A stretch of 64,000 nucleotides of DNA from Eledone cirrhosa. Taxonomy: Eukaryota. Both the position numbers and the translations under genes were made by a program. Shown in pieces: positions 23,161 to 37,364 of this stretch (position 1 is the first letter of the stretch; each line of letters begins with the position of its first letter). Location of the stretch: assembly GCA_964016885.1 (NCBI GenBank), contig OZ024745.1, forward strand, positions 113,956,001-114,020,000, read 5' to 3'. The notes beneath the pieces are model-generated. The model had not been told where the DNA came from, ran no database searches, and saw nothing but the letters and a program-made list of their open reading frames with translations.

Positions 23161-25204
23161 TCCCTTGCACAACAAAAGATGGTTTGACGGAGTGGATATA
23201 ACAGTGTTGGGGTATGGGTGGTACTCAGTGTGAGAACTGTAGCTCGATTCTCAAAGCTCTGTGTTCTAAACTACCAAACTACGTGGTGAAACATGACAAC
23301 ATTGTTCTTGTTGTTTAGACTTGCAGCATTTCTTTGTTTGCAGAAAAAGATGATAACGCATTCGGGCTTGATGGTGACAGCTTCATCCAATGGCTATTAG
23401 CTTTTTGAAAGGTAATCAACTATCTAAATTTTGCGTGTCGAAGTGGGAGTAGTAAGGTGGCAGGAATATATGAACAAGAAATAAAGCAAAAGAATACATT
23501 TTAATGAAAAATGAAGATGAAGGGGAAAGGAAGAGGAGAACGGCGAGTAAAATTAAGAAATTGAAAGGGAGATGATGTTTGTGTTCGACGTTTAAAGAGT
23601 TAAGTGACAAAGGAAACAAAGAGTAGGGTGAGAGTTGTTGTTCATGATTGTGATGGTGGTGGTGGTGTGAGGAGAGGAGGTTATTGGATATAAAGTAAAT
23701 ATCCGTGGAAAATGTGAGAATTGTGGTTTTTCTTAAATGTGTTATTTTTACACGAGAAATCACCTGATACAAGTTTTGAAGAAGATAAACCCGCTGAGAA
23801 TATATATTCATAGAAATTGATTGTAGAGGTTTACCTCGACAATCAATTTCTATTGATAATTACGCCGATGGATGGAAGTGGCAGAGTGGAGGAGCGACAC
23901 AGTACAAGAATAAGTGAATGAATGAAATTTAGAAACATACCTCACAAAATTATAATAAATGAATAAATATATATCAGATAAATAAAAGAAAAATGCTTCT
24001 ATTAATTGCACACACAAACACATATACTCACATGCATTCTCTTACGTACATACTTAATCATATACATAAGTGCTCATATACAAACATAGGTACTCAGACA
24101 CACACACACACACACACACTAGTACATGCTCTCAGAGGCACCTACACATGTACATACACATAAATACGCACACTTAAAAACTTACATACAAACATATATG
24201 TTTAAACATTATTGAAAGTTAATTATATTCAACCATCTTAAACATATGGGAGATTAAACCCGTTTACCAAGCTAAACCCCAGTATACAATTTATAGAGTA
24301 CCAATTGAAGGAGCCTCCTCACAGCCACTTTTTTGTCATAAAGGGAGCTTGTCGTCTTCTACTGCGCTGACAGTATTCACTAACGTTGGAAAACCCTTTC
24401 TCATTTGAGTGGGGTATGTCATTTATCTGGAACACTACACCTTAAGATACATTCTTTAGTACCACCAACATCGCTTTGATAACAAACATGGAGGTCTCCG
24501 CTCGAAACGCAGAAGAGCGGAGGATAGCTAAATAGGAAGCATTGACTGATCCTTTTCGTTTAGTATCGGTAAACTCGGTCGATGGACTGCCGTTTTTCTA
24601 CGTCATGTTAGGGGAAGAGCATTGCCAGAGGAACGAGTCCTATAAGATGGAATGCCTGAAGCAGCAATGCATTTTCCATCACGTCTACAAGGTGTAGCCA
24701 AGAGTGTAGAGTTTTGCCTTTCCACATTTCTCCTTCCTCTTTTATTTTATTTTCGTTTCCATTTTATAATTTTATAGCAACATTAATTTAATTGAAGTTA
24801 TCAACGACGGGTTATCAACAACAAAAGCAACATTCTGATCTCTAGTCAATAAGAACCACTTGCCGCAGGCCCAGTATTTTGGCAGAAACCTTTGTTAATA
24901 AATGTTGTAATTTGTATCAAAGAACTCTTGTATATATTCTTCTAGATTTTCACATGTTTAGAAACAACGTGGCTTCTATCACATGAGTTGACGTAAAGGT
25001 GACCGAGATATTTTCTAGATTCGGTATTAACTACATAGTATATTGATTTCACCAGACATTTTCTCAGGAAGAGAAGGTATTAATCAGCAATGAAAAATAT
25101 TGTACATTATGCTTTTTAATGTATTTAAAAACTGATAGAAGTGTTAAAGATGATGCCCTCAAACCCATGACTGGGATCGAACCTATGTATGCATGCATAA
25201 ATGT

Positions 25205-26002
25205 ATGTTCTGGTTTCATTTTCAAGTTTCACTAAGAGAAAATACCTACTTCTAGCGCAGAAACAATTAGGTATATATGTATGTACAAACGTATGTATGT
25301 ATGTTTCTCTTTCTATTAATTTCGAGTACATTTTTTGACCAGCCACCTTCCTGGTGGCAAGGTTGTAAAAGAAAATAAATTGTCATCCCTTGAATCACAA
25401 GAATGTTTTGCAAATTCGCAGTCATTTGTAGTCTATGAATTAGGGAGCTGCGCTCTTTGTTCACAAATTCAAGTTCAGTTATACTTTGGTCCAAGCGGGT
25501 TGGTATATAACCTGTATCTCCAATAATGATGATGGTATGAAGCTGAAGGTGTATGATGGATAATGGATCTGCAAACTCCTCATCAATGGTCCGTAGATGT
25601 TCTGCATCTCTTGTATTTTTCTTACAACGTTTACATCAAATGGGGAGCTGATCTCCACAACAGAACACGTTTTCAATGTGTGGACCCAAACAACAATATC
25701 ATGCCCGTTGTGGTTTAATTTGGTGGCAGTGTTTATTTTCAGGTTCCACCAGTATTCTTTAGTGCCATCTGTCTCAACATATTCCTCCTCATTTCTTTTT
25801 AATTTTGTTTTCCTAAGTGCGTTCCAGATGGTTCTAGCTATCACATCGTATCTCATGGGGTGGTAGTAACGAGACGACATCCTTTCGCAGTTGGCAACAA
25901 TGTGGCTAACACATTCGATCTTTCTTTTACATAGCCTACATTTATGGTCGACTGATGGCCCTCCTCTTTTGTGTAGCAGATATTTGGTAGGGATTTCGTA
26001 GG
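25205..26002 (-). mobile_element. Dong/R4-clade LINE 3' fragment (CCHC + RLE) in (TATG)n
   Basis: ORF 25479-26102 reads EIPTKYL..KCRLCKRKIECVSHIVANC..SRYYHPMRYDVIA…WWN…HDIVVW..VVEISSP. The 3' end aaaccagaacatacat resembles that of the 11653 copy. Confidence 0.85.
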
Positions 26003-26197
26003 GATGTATGTATGCGTGTATGTATGTAAAACAGTGAATTGAAATAATAGTTGCTGTATTTGATGTGGCTCTCTGCTCTAACAGTTCAACCTTATCTTTC
26101 ATTATTGCGTGGTCGATAAATATAGTACGAGTTCAATATTAAAGGAGATTACCTGCCACTCTCTCTCTCCCTCTCTTTCCTCATCTCTCTCTTGATT

Positions 26198-26244
<47 letters not shown>

Positions 26245-26309
26245 CTCTTCCTCTTTCTCTTTCTATGTTCGTATGTATGGATGTATGGATGTATGGATGA
26301 ATTGAAGCA

Positions 26310-26712
26310 TGGATGTAGTTAGGTATGTAGGTATGTAGGTATGTAGGTACGTACTTATGTATATACGTATGTATGTATGTATGAATTGATGGATGGCTGG
26401 ATGTAGTTAGGTATGTAGGTATGTAGGTATGTAGGTACGTACTTATGTATATACGTATGTATGTATGGATGAATTGATGGATGGCTGGATGTAGTTAGGT
26501 ATGTAGGTATGTAGGTATGTAGGTATGTAGGTATGTAGGTACGTACTTATGTATATACGTATGTATGTATGTATGAATTGATGGATGGCTGGATGTAGTT
26601 AGGTATGTAGGTACGTACGTACGTACTTATGTATATACGTATGTATGTATGTATGTATTGATGGATGGCTGGATGTAGTTAGGTATGTAGGTATGTAGGT
26701 ATGTAGGTATGT
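26310..26712. repeat. Minisatellite of about 5 variable 80-100 bp units built from TAGGTATG/TATG/TGGA motifs
   Basis: ggatgtagttaggtatg…gtacgtacttatgtatatacgtatg…gatggatggct repeated. Confidence 0.85.
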
Positions 26713-27317
26713 ATACTTGAATAAGATGTTATATAAAAAAAAAAATTTCCGTAATCACACACGACTTCAGTCAGATGTCAAGATTCCTTTTTCAAACTTA
26801 TTAAAGCCTATACACTATTTTCATTTTCTTTTATTCAGTCGCAACCATTCATTTTAGTTTTTAATAAACACAAAGAAAGCAATGAGTAAATTTTGAAGAG
26901 TAGGTAGAGGAGAAAACTAACTTCACGTACAATATTGTCAAGATTTATTTGTATTTTTATAACTTATCAGTAAACAACAGATTATTTCAGTTCAATCAAT
27001 CACGGTTATACTTATAATATTATTGTTGTTGTTATTCCTTTGTTGTTGATATTGTTGTTGTATTATTGATGTTTTTGAGTTCTTTATTTTTGTTTTTTTT
27101 TAAAACAAGTCCAGCTTTCTTCATCAATCTTTCTAGGGGTTAGATTTTCACTGTGTTAAATCAGTGCTTTGCAGTCATAACCTCGATACATTTGAAGTGA
27201 GACAATCTTGGAAATTGAGTAAGATTCGCCGTTTTACGTACATATGCAGACGCACACACTTACACCCACACACACATGTATGCGCGCTCACAGACACATT
27301 ATTTATATGTATATACA

Positions 27318-27356
<39 letters not shown>

Positions 27357-27423
27357 TTATGCATGAATATGTCTGTGGCTGTGTTGATATGTATGTGTAA
27401 GTGTCTAAGTGTATATATACACA

Positions 27424-27425
<2 letters not shown>

Positions 27426-27520
<95 letters not shown>

Positions 27521-27649
27521 ATATATATGTATGTATATATATATATATATACGTATGTATATATATATGTATGTATATATATATATATATACGTATGTAT
27601 ATATATATGTATGTATATATATATATATATACATATGTATATATATATG

Positions 27650-27692
<43 letters not shown>

Positions 27693-27711
27693 GTATGTAT
27701 ATATATATATG

Positions 27712-27756
<45 letters not shown>

Positions 27757-27896
27757 ATGTATGTATATATATGTGTGTGTGTGTATGTATGTATATATAT
27801 GTGTGTGTGTATATATAATATTATTATATATATATTTCGTTTCTGAATTCTTATTGGCAATATGACCCTCCCAAAGTATAACAATATTATATATAT

Positions 27897-27986
<90 letters not shown>

Positions 27987-28029
27987 CTGTGTATATATGT
28001 ATTCCTGTATATATATATATGTATTCCTG

Positions 28030-28075
<46 letters not shown>
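27426..28075. repeat. Compound (CT)n/(TA)n/(TG)n microsatellite
   Basis: Directly visible. Confidence 0.9.
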
Positions 28076-28077
<2 letters not shown>

Positions 28078-28368
28078 TGTGTGCATACACATACGGTGCG
28101 CATGTATTCGTATGTATATGCATGTATTTTGTTCACAGAAAAATGAGATTTACTGATAAATTTCATTAGTACTTACAAAAAGCTGAATAACTGTCCGGCA
28201 ATATATGCCAAGTACACAAACAGAAAAAAAAATTCCAATTGCAGAAAAATGATCTCAATATTAAGCAGGCAAATGTTCTTTAAAAACAGCTTCTGTTTAA
28301 TTTAAGGTTTTTATTATTATTATTATTATTAAATAAATAAATAATTAATAAATAAATAAAGAAAGAAA

Positions 28369-28414
<46 letters not shown>

Positions 28415-28415
28415 G

Positions 28416-28605
28416 AGGGCGGTGGATTGGCAGTATCGGTAGAGGGTCGAACGCCATGCTTTCCAGCATAGTTACGTCCCTTTACGATCTGAGTTCAAAT
28501 CCCGCCGAGGTTGACTTTGCCTTTCATCCTTACAGGGTCGACAAAATAAAGTACCAGTAATGAACTGGGTAATTGCTGGCCTTGTGCCTAAAGTAGAAAC
28601 AATTA
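28416..28605 (+). mobile_element. Full-length tRNA-derived SINE (main family) within (ATT)n
   Basis: gggcggtggattggcagtatcggtagag…GAGTTCAAATCCC…gctggccttgtgcctaaagtagaaacaatt, with (att)n on both sides. Confidence 0.9.
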
Positions 28606-28920
28606 TTATTATTATTATTATAGTTTTAGCGAACATTTTGTTCTCAAAAAGTTTTTTTGTTTTTTTTTTGTTACATGTATTTTTCTATATGCAGTTTCAA
28701 ATTATATTTATTTATAGTTCTGCAAAGTGTCTCGTAGAGATTCCCCTGGTAAATATGACTGAAGGCATCTATACTCCAGCATAGAATACGGTTCTTCAAT
28801 GGTCATTGCAAATTCTGTAATAGCATGAAATTTAAGTCTGTTTGAAGTAAAGGAATGATTGATGTTACTGGGCGTTACATGTAATTTTGATAGGAATAAA
28901 ATCTCTCATTCTATATCATC

Positions 28921-28953
<33 letters not shown>

Positions 28954-28984
28954 TAAATATATATATGTGTGTGTGCGCGCGCGC

Positions 28985-29052
<68 letters not shown>

Positions 29053-29189
29053 GCGTGTGTGTGTACATATATGCCATATTTATATATAATTAAGATATAT
29101 ATATCTTAATTAATTACCAACAAGAGCGCTTATTATATGCAAATTAGTACACCCATTTCATATCAAATACATGTTTTTATGTTTTTGTG

Positions 29190-30170
29190 GGGTGAGTATC
29201 TCAGGTAATGGTGTCAAAACTAGGCAGAAGAGGAGTGATGAAAAGAAGTGCCATTGAAATAGTCCCTGTATTTATTGGCAGAGGCTGTTTATTTGCATCC
29301 ATCTTTAGTTTGCATTTGCAGAAATATTTGCCGCTCATTCATGGCATGTTTCATGAATGTTTTTATTGTTAGCATTATTTTGTTTATGGCTAGTATGTTC
29401 ACTATCCACGAATGGGGAACACTCTCAAAAACCTTCTGGTAATCAATTCATGCCATGCTGACGTTTTGTTTTCTTTTTCTGCAGGTGTTTTGTTATGGCT
29501 TTATTGATTAATAATTAATTTTTACAGCCATAACAACCTTTACAGCATCCTTTCTTCTCTCCTGAAAACAGGTTGTTGTTTTTCAAAGTGCTTAGTTATT
29601 TTATGCGATATTATTGCAGTTAAGATATTGTGTGTTGTAGGAAGGCTTGTTATGGTTCTGTAATTTTGAGGGTGATGGTTTTTTATTATTCTCGGAGACA
29701 AGGTTGGTTTTCTTCCTTTAGTAAGCCAATCGAGTGTCATTTCTGGTTCCAGCAACATCTCATTAAATGTTTTTGCAAGTAAACCATTTGTCCTTGTTAA
29801 ATAGTTCAATCAGAAGTGTGAGATTTTGTCATGTCGCAGTACCTTCCAGTTGCCTGCTGTTTTCGGTATGTTAGGGCCTTCTGTTGAATTGACATCCCAT
29901 AATTGTTCAGGTTCTGTTTTTGTTGTTCTTACTATTTGTGTGTGTGTGGGGATTACCCAGCAGGCCATAATCCCTGCCCTAGAACTCTTCCATTTATTCT
30001 TGCTATACTAAGTTCTTTGCAGAATCGTTTTGGGTTGAAGCGAAATTGCTGATATTATTCAAACTGTTGGCGTTTTTTATATATCCAGATTCGTTGTGGC
30101 TTTGCAACCATTTGATATTTTAGGTATTCCTTAGATTAAGGGATGTTTTAGTTGTTATTATTAAGCTCTT
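29190..30170 (-). mobile_element. Decayed Dong/R4-type RT fragment
   Basis: DWLTKGR…PQNYRTITSLPTTHNILTAII in ORF 29540-29809. Downstream frameshifted motifs GCKN.LIINKAI and SMA*IDYQKVFESVPHSWI. Confidence 0.75.
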
Positions 30171-30587
30171 CGCGTGTTGTGTCTTTTTCAACTGGGTGCA
30201 TCTTCCGATTATGTCTCCAATGTCAACAAAGGGACAAGCCACACATAAAATATATTTTTGGTACGGTTTACTTGGTTCCTTGTCTAGTATATTCCTCTTC
30301 GTTTCGTTTTCTGATTATATTCACTTTTAGTTACGTGTTGTACTACGATGCTTAACAATTAATAACTTTCAAATATTGAACTTCAATACTTTTTAATATT
30401 TGCCTTTTCCGCTATATATTTTAATCTATTAATATATTGTCTACGTTCGTTGTGGATTATAATCTTTTATAAGGAACTCTGCTCCACACATATACTAACA
30501 TGGCTCTTATGGACAGTATTTTACTTCATCCCAAGGGTGCAGTAGTCATGATTACGTACTATAATCCATCATTCCTCTCTCTCTCTC

Positions 30588-30640
<53 letters not shown>

Positions 30641-30650
30641 GCGTGTGTGA

Positions 30651-30760
30651 AGGCGCATGACTGAGAGGTAAGAGGATTGGATTCGCAATCTTGAGGTTGT
30701 GCGTTCGATTCCTGGACTGGGCGATGTGTTATGTCCTTGAGCAAGACACTTGATTTCACT
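30651..30760 (+). mobile_element. 5' part of a second tRNA-derived SINE (CORE-like)
   Basis: A-box-like ggcgcatgactgagaggtaag, B-box gttcgattcc, then gtccttgagcaagacactt. Confidence 0.7.
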
Positions 30761-30884
30761 TTATTTCTACCTGGAGTTGCGACCGATAGAGAGTATTAGC
30801 AATTGGAAAGACCAACGGAAACATTGTTTCCTCGGTCCCTTTTGACGAAAGGCGATCGACCGTCTCTTTCTCTCTTTATCGCTG

Positions 30885-30925
<41 letters not shown>

Positions 30926-31168
30926 GTATTTTCCTTTCCTTCTTCCTTTTCCAGCCTCACTTTCATATAGATTATATTTTTGTTTTTAAAATCCAATGTC
31001 AATAAATACACCAGGATTTCTTCATTCTGATGATTGAAAGCAAAATTTGTTTGCTTTTAAGAAACCAGTGGTAAATGAAATAATTGCCTTATGTTGTTTA
31101 TTACATAACTATTTAGCTCTGTAACCTACATAGAGCACTCTTTTTTCCTAGACCTTTCCGACGGAATT

Positions 31169-31560
<392 letters not shown>

Positions 31561-31562
31561 GT

Positions 31563-31636
<74 letters not shown>

Positions 31637-31769
31637 CAAAGGGATATTTAATTTGTTGGTAATTCAACAAATCTATATATTTATAACTGATTCGAAGCAC
31701 TCGACAGGTTTTCTGGAGTATAATATCAATAATATTAATAAATGGAAACTATATTTATAAAACCATATT

Positions 31770-31830
31770 TATTCTATTATATATATTTCAAGGGTACCAA
31801 AACTTTAGTACACTCTCATCAGATAAAATA
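31770..31830 (-). ncRNA. Type I hammerhead ribozyme
   Basis: UAUUUUAU-CUGAUGA-GAGUGUAC(uaaaguuuug)GUACCCUU-GAAA-UAUAUA-UA-AUAGAAUA. Confidence 0.8.
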
Positions 31831-31960
31831 CAAAGTTTTTTTTATAAATATTGACATATCCAGGAAGGAGATCTTAACGGTTCAAGTTCCTATCCAGGAA
31901 AAACTTGAACCGTTAAGATCTCATTCCTGGATATGTCAATATTTATTAAAAAAAACTTTG

Positions 31961-32026
31961 TATTTTATCTGATGAGAGTGTACTAAAGTTTTGGTTTGGT
32001 ACCCTTGAAATATATATAATAGAATA
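31961..32026 (+). ncRNA. Type I hammerhead ribozyme
   Basis: Same fold as 31770-31830 with a 5-nt longer loop 2. CTGATGA at 31969-31975, GAAA at 32007-32010. Confidence 0.8.
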
Positions 32027-32065
32027 AATATGGTTTTATAAATATAGTCTCCATTTATTAATATC

Positions 32066-32101
<36 letters not shown>

Positions 32102-32108
32102 GTATATA

Positions 32109-32197
<89 letters not shown>

Positions 32198-32203
<6 letters not shown>

Positions 32204-32488
32204 GTGAGGGTTTTTTTACAAAATGAAAAATAACCGAGGTGTCCTACACGAGTGAAAGTATAAAGAAAAAAAGATGAAATCGAAAATGCAACTGGAGTCT
32301 TATTTTTAAAAAATATATACATATTTATTTGGTTCCTTTACCGGTTTCGCAGTTATTCTGCTTTTCAAAAGTAAAGTTGAGATGGAGGGTCTGTGGTTTT
32401 TCTCACGGTAAAGGAACCAAATAAATATGTATATATTTTTTAAAAATAAGACTCCAGTTGCATTTTTCGATTTCATCTTTTTTTCTTT
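32198..32488. mobile_element. (TA)n-embedded fold-back element, family A, copy 2
   Basis: Long antisense arm 32198 to about 32405, inverted short arm about 32406-32488. Confidence 0.8.
32336..32371 (-). ncRNA. Minimal hammerhead-like motif, U3:A8 variant core
   Basis: CUU-UUGAAAA-GCAG(aauaa)CUGC-GAAA-CCGG-UA-AAG; differs from the 4438 copy only in loop 2. Confidence 0.55.
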
Positions 32489-34967
32489 ATATATATATAT
32501 ATATATATATACACATTATTTTGAATTGAAGCTACGTGAATTGGTTGGTAAATGTTAAAATTATGTTGATAATGATTTGGGGTTGTTTCTTTGCTGTTTT
32601 TTCATAGGTCTTTACACTTTGGGATACATTCCTTTCATCTAAAGATTAATACAAGAAAATGTATATGTTTTTATGTTTTATGTTTTGTCGCTCGTCAGTC
32701 ATCATATTTTAGATTTCGAAAACGATAGTTTAAGATCAACAAATTATATCTATTTTATCTGTGTATATATACGTACATTATGCAGTATGATGTTATAGTT
32801 GAGTTACCCTGTTTGATCTCCCTGTGTGACATTTGACCAGTGGCTTTTAGCATTATCTTGGATAACAGGGAAATGTGTATAGGTCCATCAGATGAGCCGT
32901 ATCTGTAATATAAACGTCATCCTTGTCATACACTCTCTTTAGTTAAAGGTAAATGTGTCGGTGTGATATTCAGCCACAAATTAAATGAGTCAGTAGTTCA
33001 GTTGATCGAACAACCAAATACTGATCGTTGAAACCGACTGAGATACATTTGCACTCTAATATGCACAATAAAGATTATCTACTGATCTTTTCTTTATGCT
33101 GAAGGAACATTAAATACATGTGATTGGAAAATGAGATAAAGTGATTATGCTGGATTCATGATTTGAGCTTACTTTTAAGCATGTCGTACACATTTTAAAC
33201 TATATGATTTTCCAGAATCCCAGTGTATTTTAAAGCCGAATATATTTTGCAGATTCCATAGTCATCACAAATATAAGTGTATATTACCATCAATATATTA
33301 TGCATGCTATATATTTCGTATTCTCAGTCAGACTACTCATAATATATTCATAAATATATTCCCCATACTTTATGTGAGTTAATCTTATTAAAATTTTATT
33401 AGTTCCAATCCTCTGTACTCTACCCATTACCAGATAATACTTACAAACTACGACATTATATACTCTCTTTAAGTTTCAATTGGTATATTAAGCGTAGTGT
33501 TACTTTTCACTCAATATTTATCAAGAAATATAGTACCAAAGTCATATGTTTGGCTGAAGTGATGCATATTCGATGTGAAATTTCATAAAACTTTTTTTTA
33601 TCAAACGACAAATAAATAATGTATCATTTGAACTTGAAAGTCTTCTTTCATCATATATCTCCTTTGGTTTGCAACTGACAACAACTAACATATAGTATTC
33701 GTGTATTAGTTCCAAGTAGTAATAATTTATATTATTTGAAACTATTTCTTGTCAGCATTTTTTCATATTCAGCCTTTTAACCTTTTTTCTAATATTTCTC
33801 TTTTCGTTTTGGTTATCATCATTGATAACTCATAAAACTTCACAACATATAATAGTTAGACATTAACAGACATAACATTCACGATATCTTTGACGATCTA
33901 TATTCATGTGGCGAAACCAGTTACCTTCTAAATTGTAAATTCATCTGCATATTTTAGAGGCATAACATATTGTGATATAAATTACTCTCACTTTAATACC
34001 AATCATAGCTGTGAAAGCTACAATCGTGGCGAGAGACACAGTTAACCGTATTTCAATTAATTTACCTTATGGATTATTCAGATTGAAGTATTTAAATATT
34101 CCTGAATATTTGAACAGAGCCATTTGAGAGTTAAGTGTCTTGTCCAGGAATACTTTAACGTGTAGATGATAGATGATATAAAACGAGACATTGAATTTAT
34201 AGTTTATCCGATACTCCATCGACTCTACAAGATGTGACTCACATATCTATTTACTCTAGCCATTCGTTAGTTGGCGTATTAATTACCCACCATATTTTTT
34301 GTTTGTTTTTGTTTATATATCAATGCATACCATTCTATATATGATTTTGATGTCTATATATTACAAAGAAGAACATGGTCGTTTCGATATGCAAATGAAC
34401 GTGAGGGAGGGCGTCTATTGGCAATGTAATATCGAAGCAGTTGACTGTAAGACAGTTGCTATTCAAAGTATTACTTTATATTATATAAACTTCAATAAAT
34501 GTCTTGCAAATTATTTATCATATACTTAGGGTGCGTTGTACTATAGGTATTAATGCAGTATAAGGGCGGCTGGGATATTGGAATGATTTAATTGGTGTTT
34601 ATTCATTTCGTATCTGAGTTCACCTAGTGGTAGAACTGGGAACATTTAAAAACAATGGTGGAGAAAGACTGAATAATCTATGCTGTTGGAGGGGTAGAAG
34701 CAAGACACAACACAGAGTTGAGGTCTGTTCCAAAATATTTTGTTGATCTTTTATTACAGAAATTCTTACGAAGTGATGGATACGTTATACTGGAATCCGT
34801 TCGAGCTCTCGTGGTATTAATTGTTTGAGATTTGTATCTCACTTCGGATATGACCCTTTACATATTAAAATGTTGACCCCAAGGGAGAGAATATTATTCA
34901 GGAATAGTTAGTTTTAAGAAAATTGTTTATAGTCGTGAAACTATTTGGAATCATAAGCAGCAACATC

Positions 34968-35028
<61 letters not shown>

Positions 35029-35584
35029 TATAACAGGTAGGCTAAATGGAAAAGCTCTCGATGTTTGTTGAGTTGTTTTTTATCGTTAAAGAAAACGTTA
35101 AATGTTTCATTTCATTTCTGTAAGATTGAGAGAGAGAAAAGGAGAGAGATAGAGGGAGGCAGAGAGAGAGAGAGCGTGTGGGAGAGAGAGAGAGATAGGG
35201 GGAGAGGGGGAGAGAGAGAGTCTATAAAAAAAGAAAGGGAAAGTGAAAGAGATTGAGAAAAAGTTTATACATAAAAAAGATCATATTGATTTCTTTACAG
35301 TTGAATATTTTCAACAGATTATCGTTGGATATTTTACCAGTAAACTTCCTTTACATAGTAACATGTGTGGGCGTCGATGTGGAATAGAAAGAAGAACATA
35401 ATGAATTAATGTCTCCGCATAAAAGGTCAGCAGTGAAAATAAAGCTGTCTTTTAGAATTATTGAACTGATTGAAGCATTGTCATCAGACACGGCTTAGAA
35501 TAACCATATAAATTTTGTTCCAAAAGTCTTCTGTATTGCCATCATCATCGTCATCCACGTTATTATTATTATTATTATTATTAT

Positions 35585-35653
<69 letters not shown>

Positions 35654-35732
35654 CAGTTTTGTGAATTTCGTTCGGCCATTTCATATATCAGAATAACAGA
35701 AGCAAGAGTAACTATGTATATATATGTGTGTG

Positions 35733-35804
<72 letters not shown>

Positions 35805-35816
35805 TACCCACACGCA

Positions 35817-35896
<80 letters not shown>

Positions 35897-36737
35897 TGTG
35901 CATAGTGTTGGTGTTGTCTTTTTTCTTCTACATTTTGGTGGGAGCCATTTTTTTCTTTCTTTTAATATTTTACTTGTTACTTTACTGATGTTTCCCAATT
36001 TTCTGAACCTGCATATAATGCACTATTATTGGTTATCACACTCTCCCGAAGAATACCTGTCGAATCCAGCTCTATCTTAAATGGCAGGTACCTTAGAATT
36101 TTGGTTCTGACCTTAAAACATATAACATTACATGTCTTCAAATTATGTTGCTTCTTTCTTCACTAGTTTATCAGGTTTTCTTTCTATAGAGCAGATCAGA
36201 TTAACTATATCAGTATTGATAGCAGTGACAATGATAAAGCAAATATAATTGGAGAGAATAGCAAGGATGAGCATAAGAGATGGTTTTAATGGCGACCGTG
36301 TAACGATTGTGATAAGTTTTGAAAATAACGTTGTTTCGAAAGTGATACTTAATCCCAAAACATTTGTTCGGCAGCAAAAATACCATGGATTTAAAAAAAA
36401 AAAAATAGTAATTCGTTCCTTTCCCGTGTGTTTGTACAATTCGTAAAAAAAAATCAGAAATTTGACCAAATCCCATTATATGAGTGGATTCATGCGCCTG
36501 TGAGAGTATTTCTAGATTGTCAGATCACAGATTTCCTGAAGGTCTCTTAAATTCGTCGTTTACTCTTTCAATACTTCATTGAGTCTGAACACCTGTGTTC
36601 TTGTACACTATATAGACGCATTCGTTTGGGCTTGCTTATATCTTTTATATGTGATGTGAATCTGTGCTGCATATATGTATGTGCAGTTATATGTATCTCT
36701 CTTCCTTTCTGCCTCTCTCTCTCTCTCTCTCTCTCAC

Positions 36738-36738
<1 letters not shown>

Positions 36739-36772
<34 letters not shown>

Positions 36773-36803
36773 TTGTGTGTATGTGTGTGTGTCTATATAT
36801 ATG

Positions 36804-36840
<37 letters not shown>

Positions 36841-36881
36841 GTATATATGTATATATATGTATATGTATATATATATATGTA

Positions 36882-36922
<41 letters not shown>

Positions 36923-37009
36923 GTATATATATATATATGTATATATATATATGTATATATATATATGTATATATATATATGTATATATATATATGTATAT
37001 ATATATATG

Positions 37010-37063
<54 letters not shown>

Positions 37064-37101
37064 TGTATATATATGTATATATATATATATATATGTGTAT
37101 A

Positions 37102-37184
<83 letters not shown>

Positions 37185-37220
37185 ATATATATTATATATA
37201 TTATATATATTATATATATA

Positions 37221-37263
<43 letters not shown>

Positions 37264-37364
37264 TATATATATGTTATATATATATATATATTATGTTATA
37301 TATATATATATTATATGTTATATATATATATATATTATATGTTATATATATATATATTATATTA
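36739..37364. repeat. Long interrupted (TA)n microsatellite
   Basis: Directly visible. Confidence 0.95.

Larger units (their letters stand above)
31634..32065. mobile_element. (TA)n-embedded fold-back element, family C, copy 2 (~155-bp inverted arms)
   Basis: Arms at about 31732-31888 and 31902-32063 are near-perfect reverse complements, and each contains a hammerhead. Confidence 0.85.

Noticed and set aside
24497-24523. Hairpin ctccgctc-gaaacgcagaa-gagcggag
   Set aside because: A single 8-bp stem with no ribozyme core or second copy; compatible with chance.
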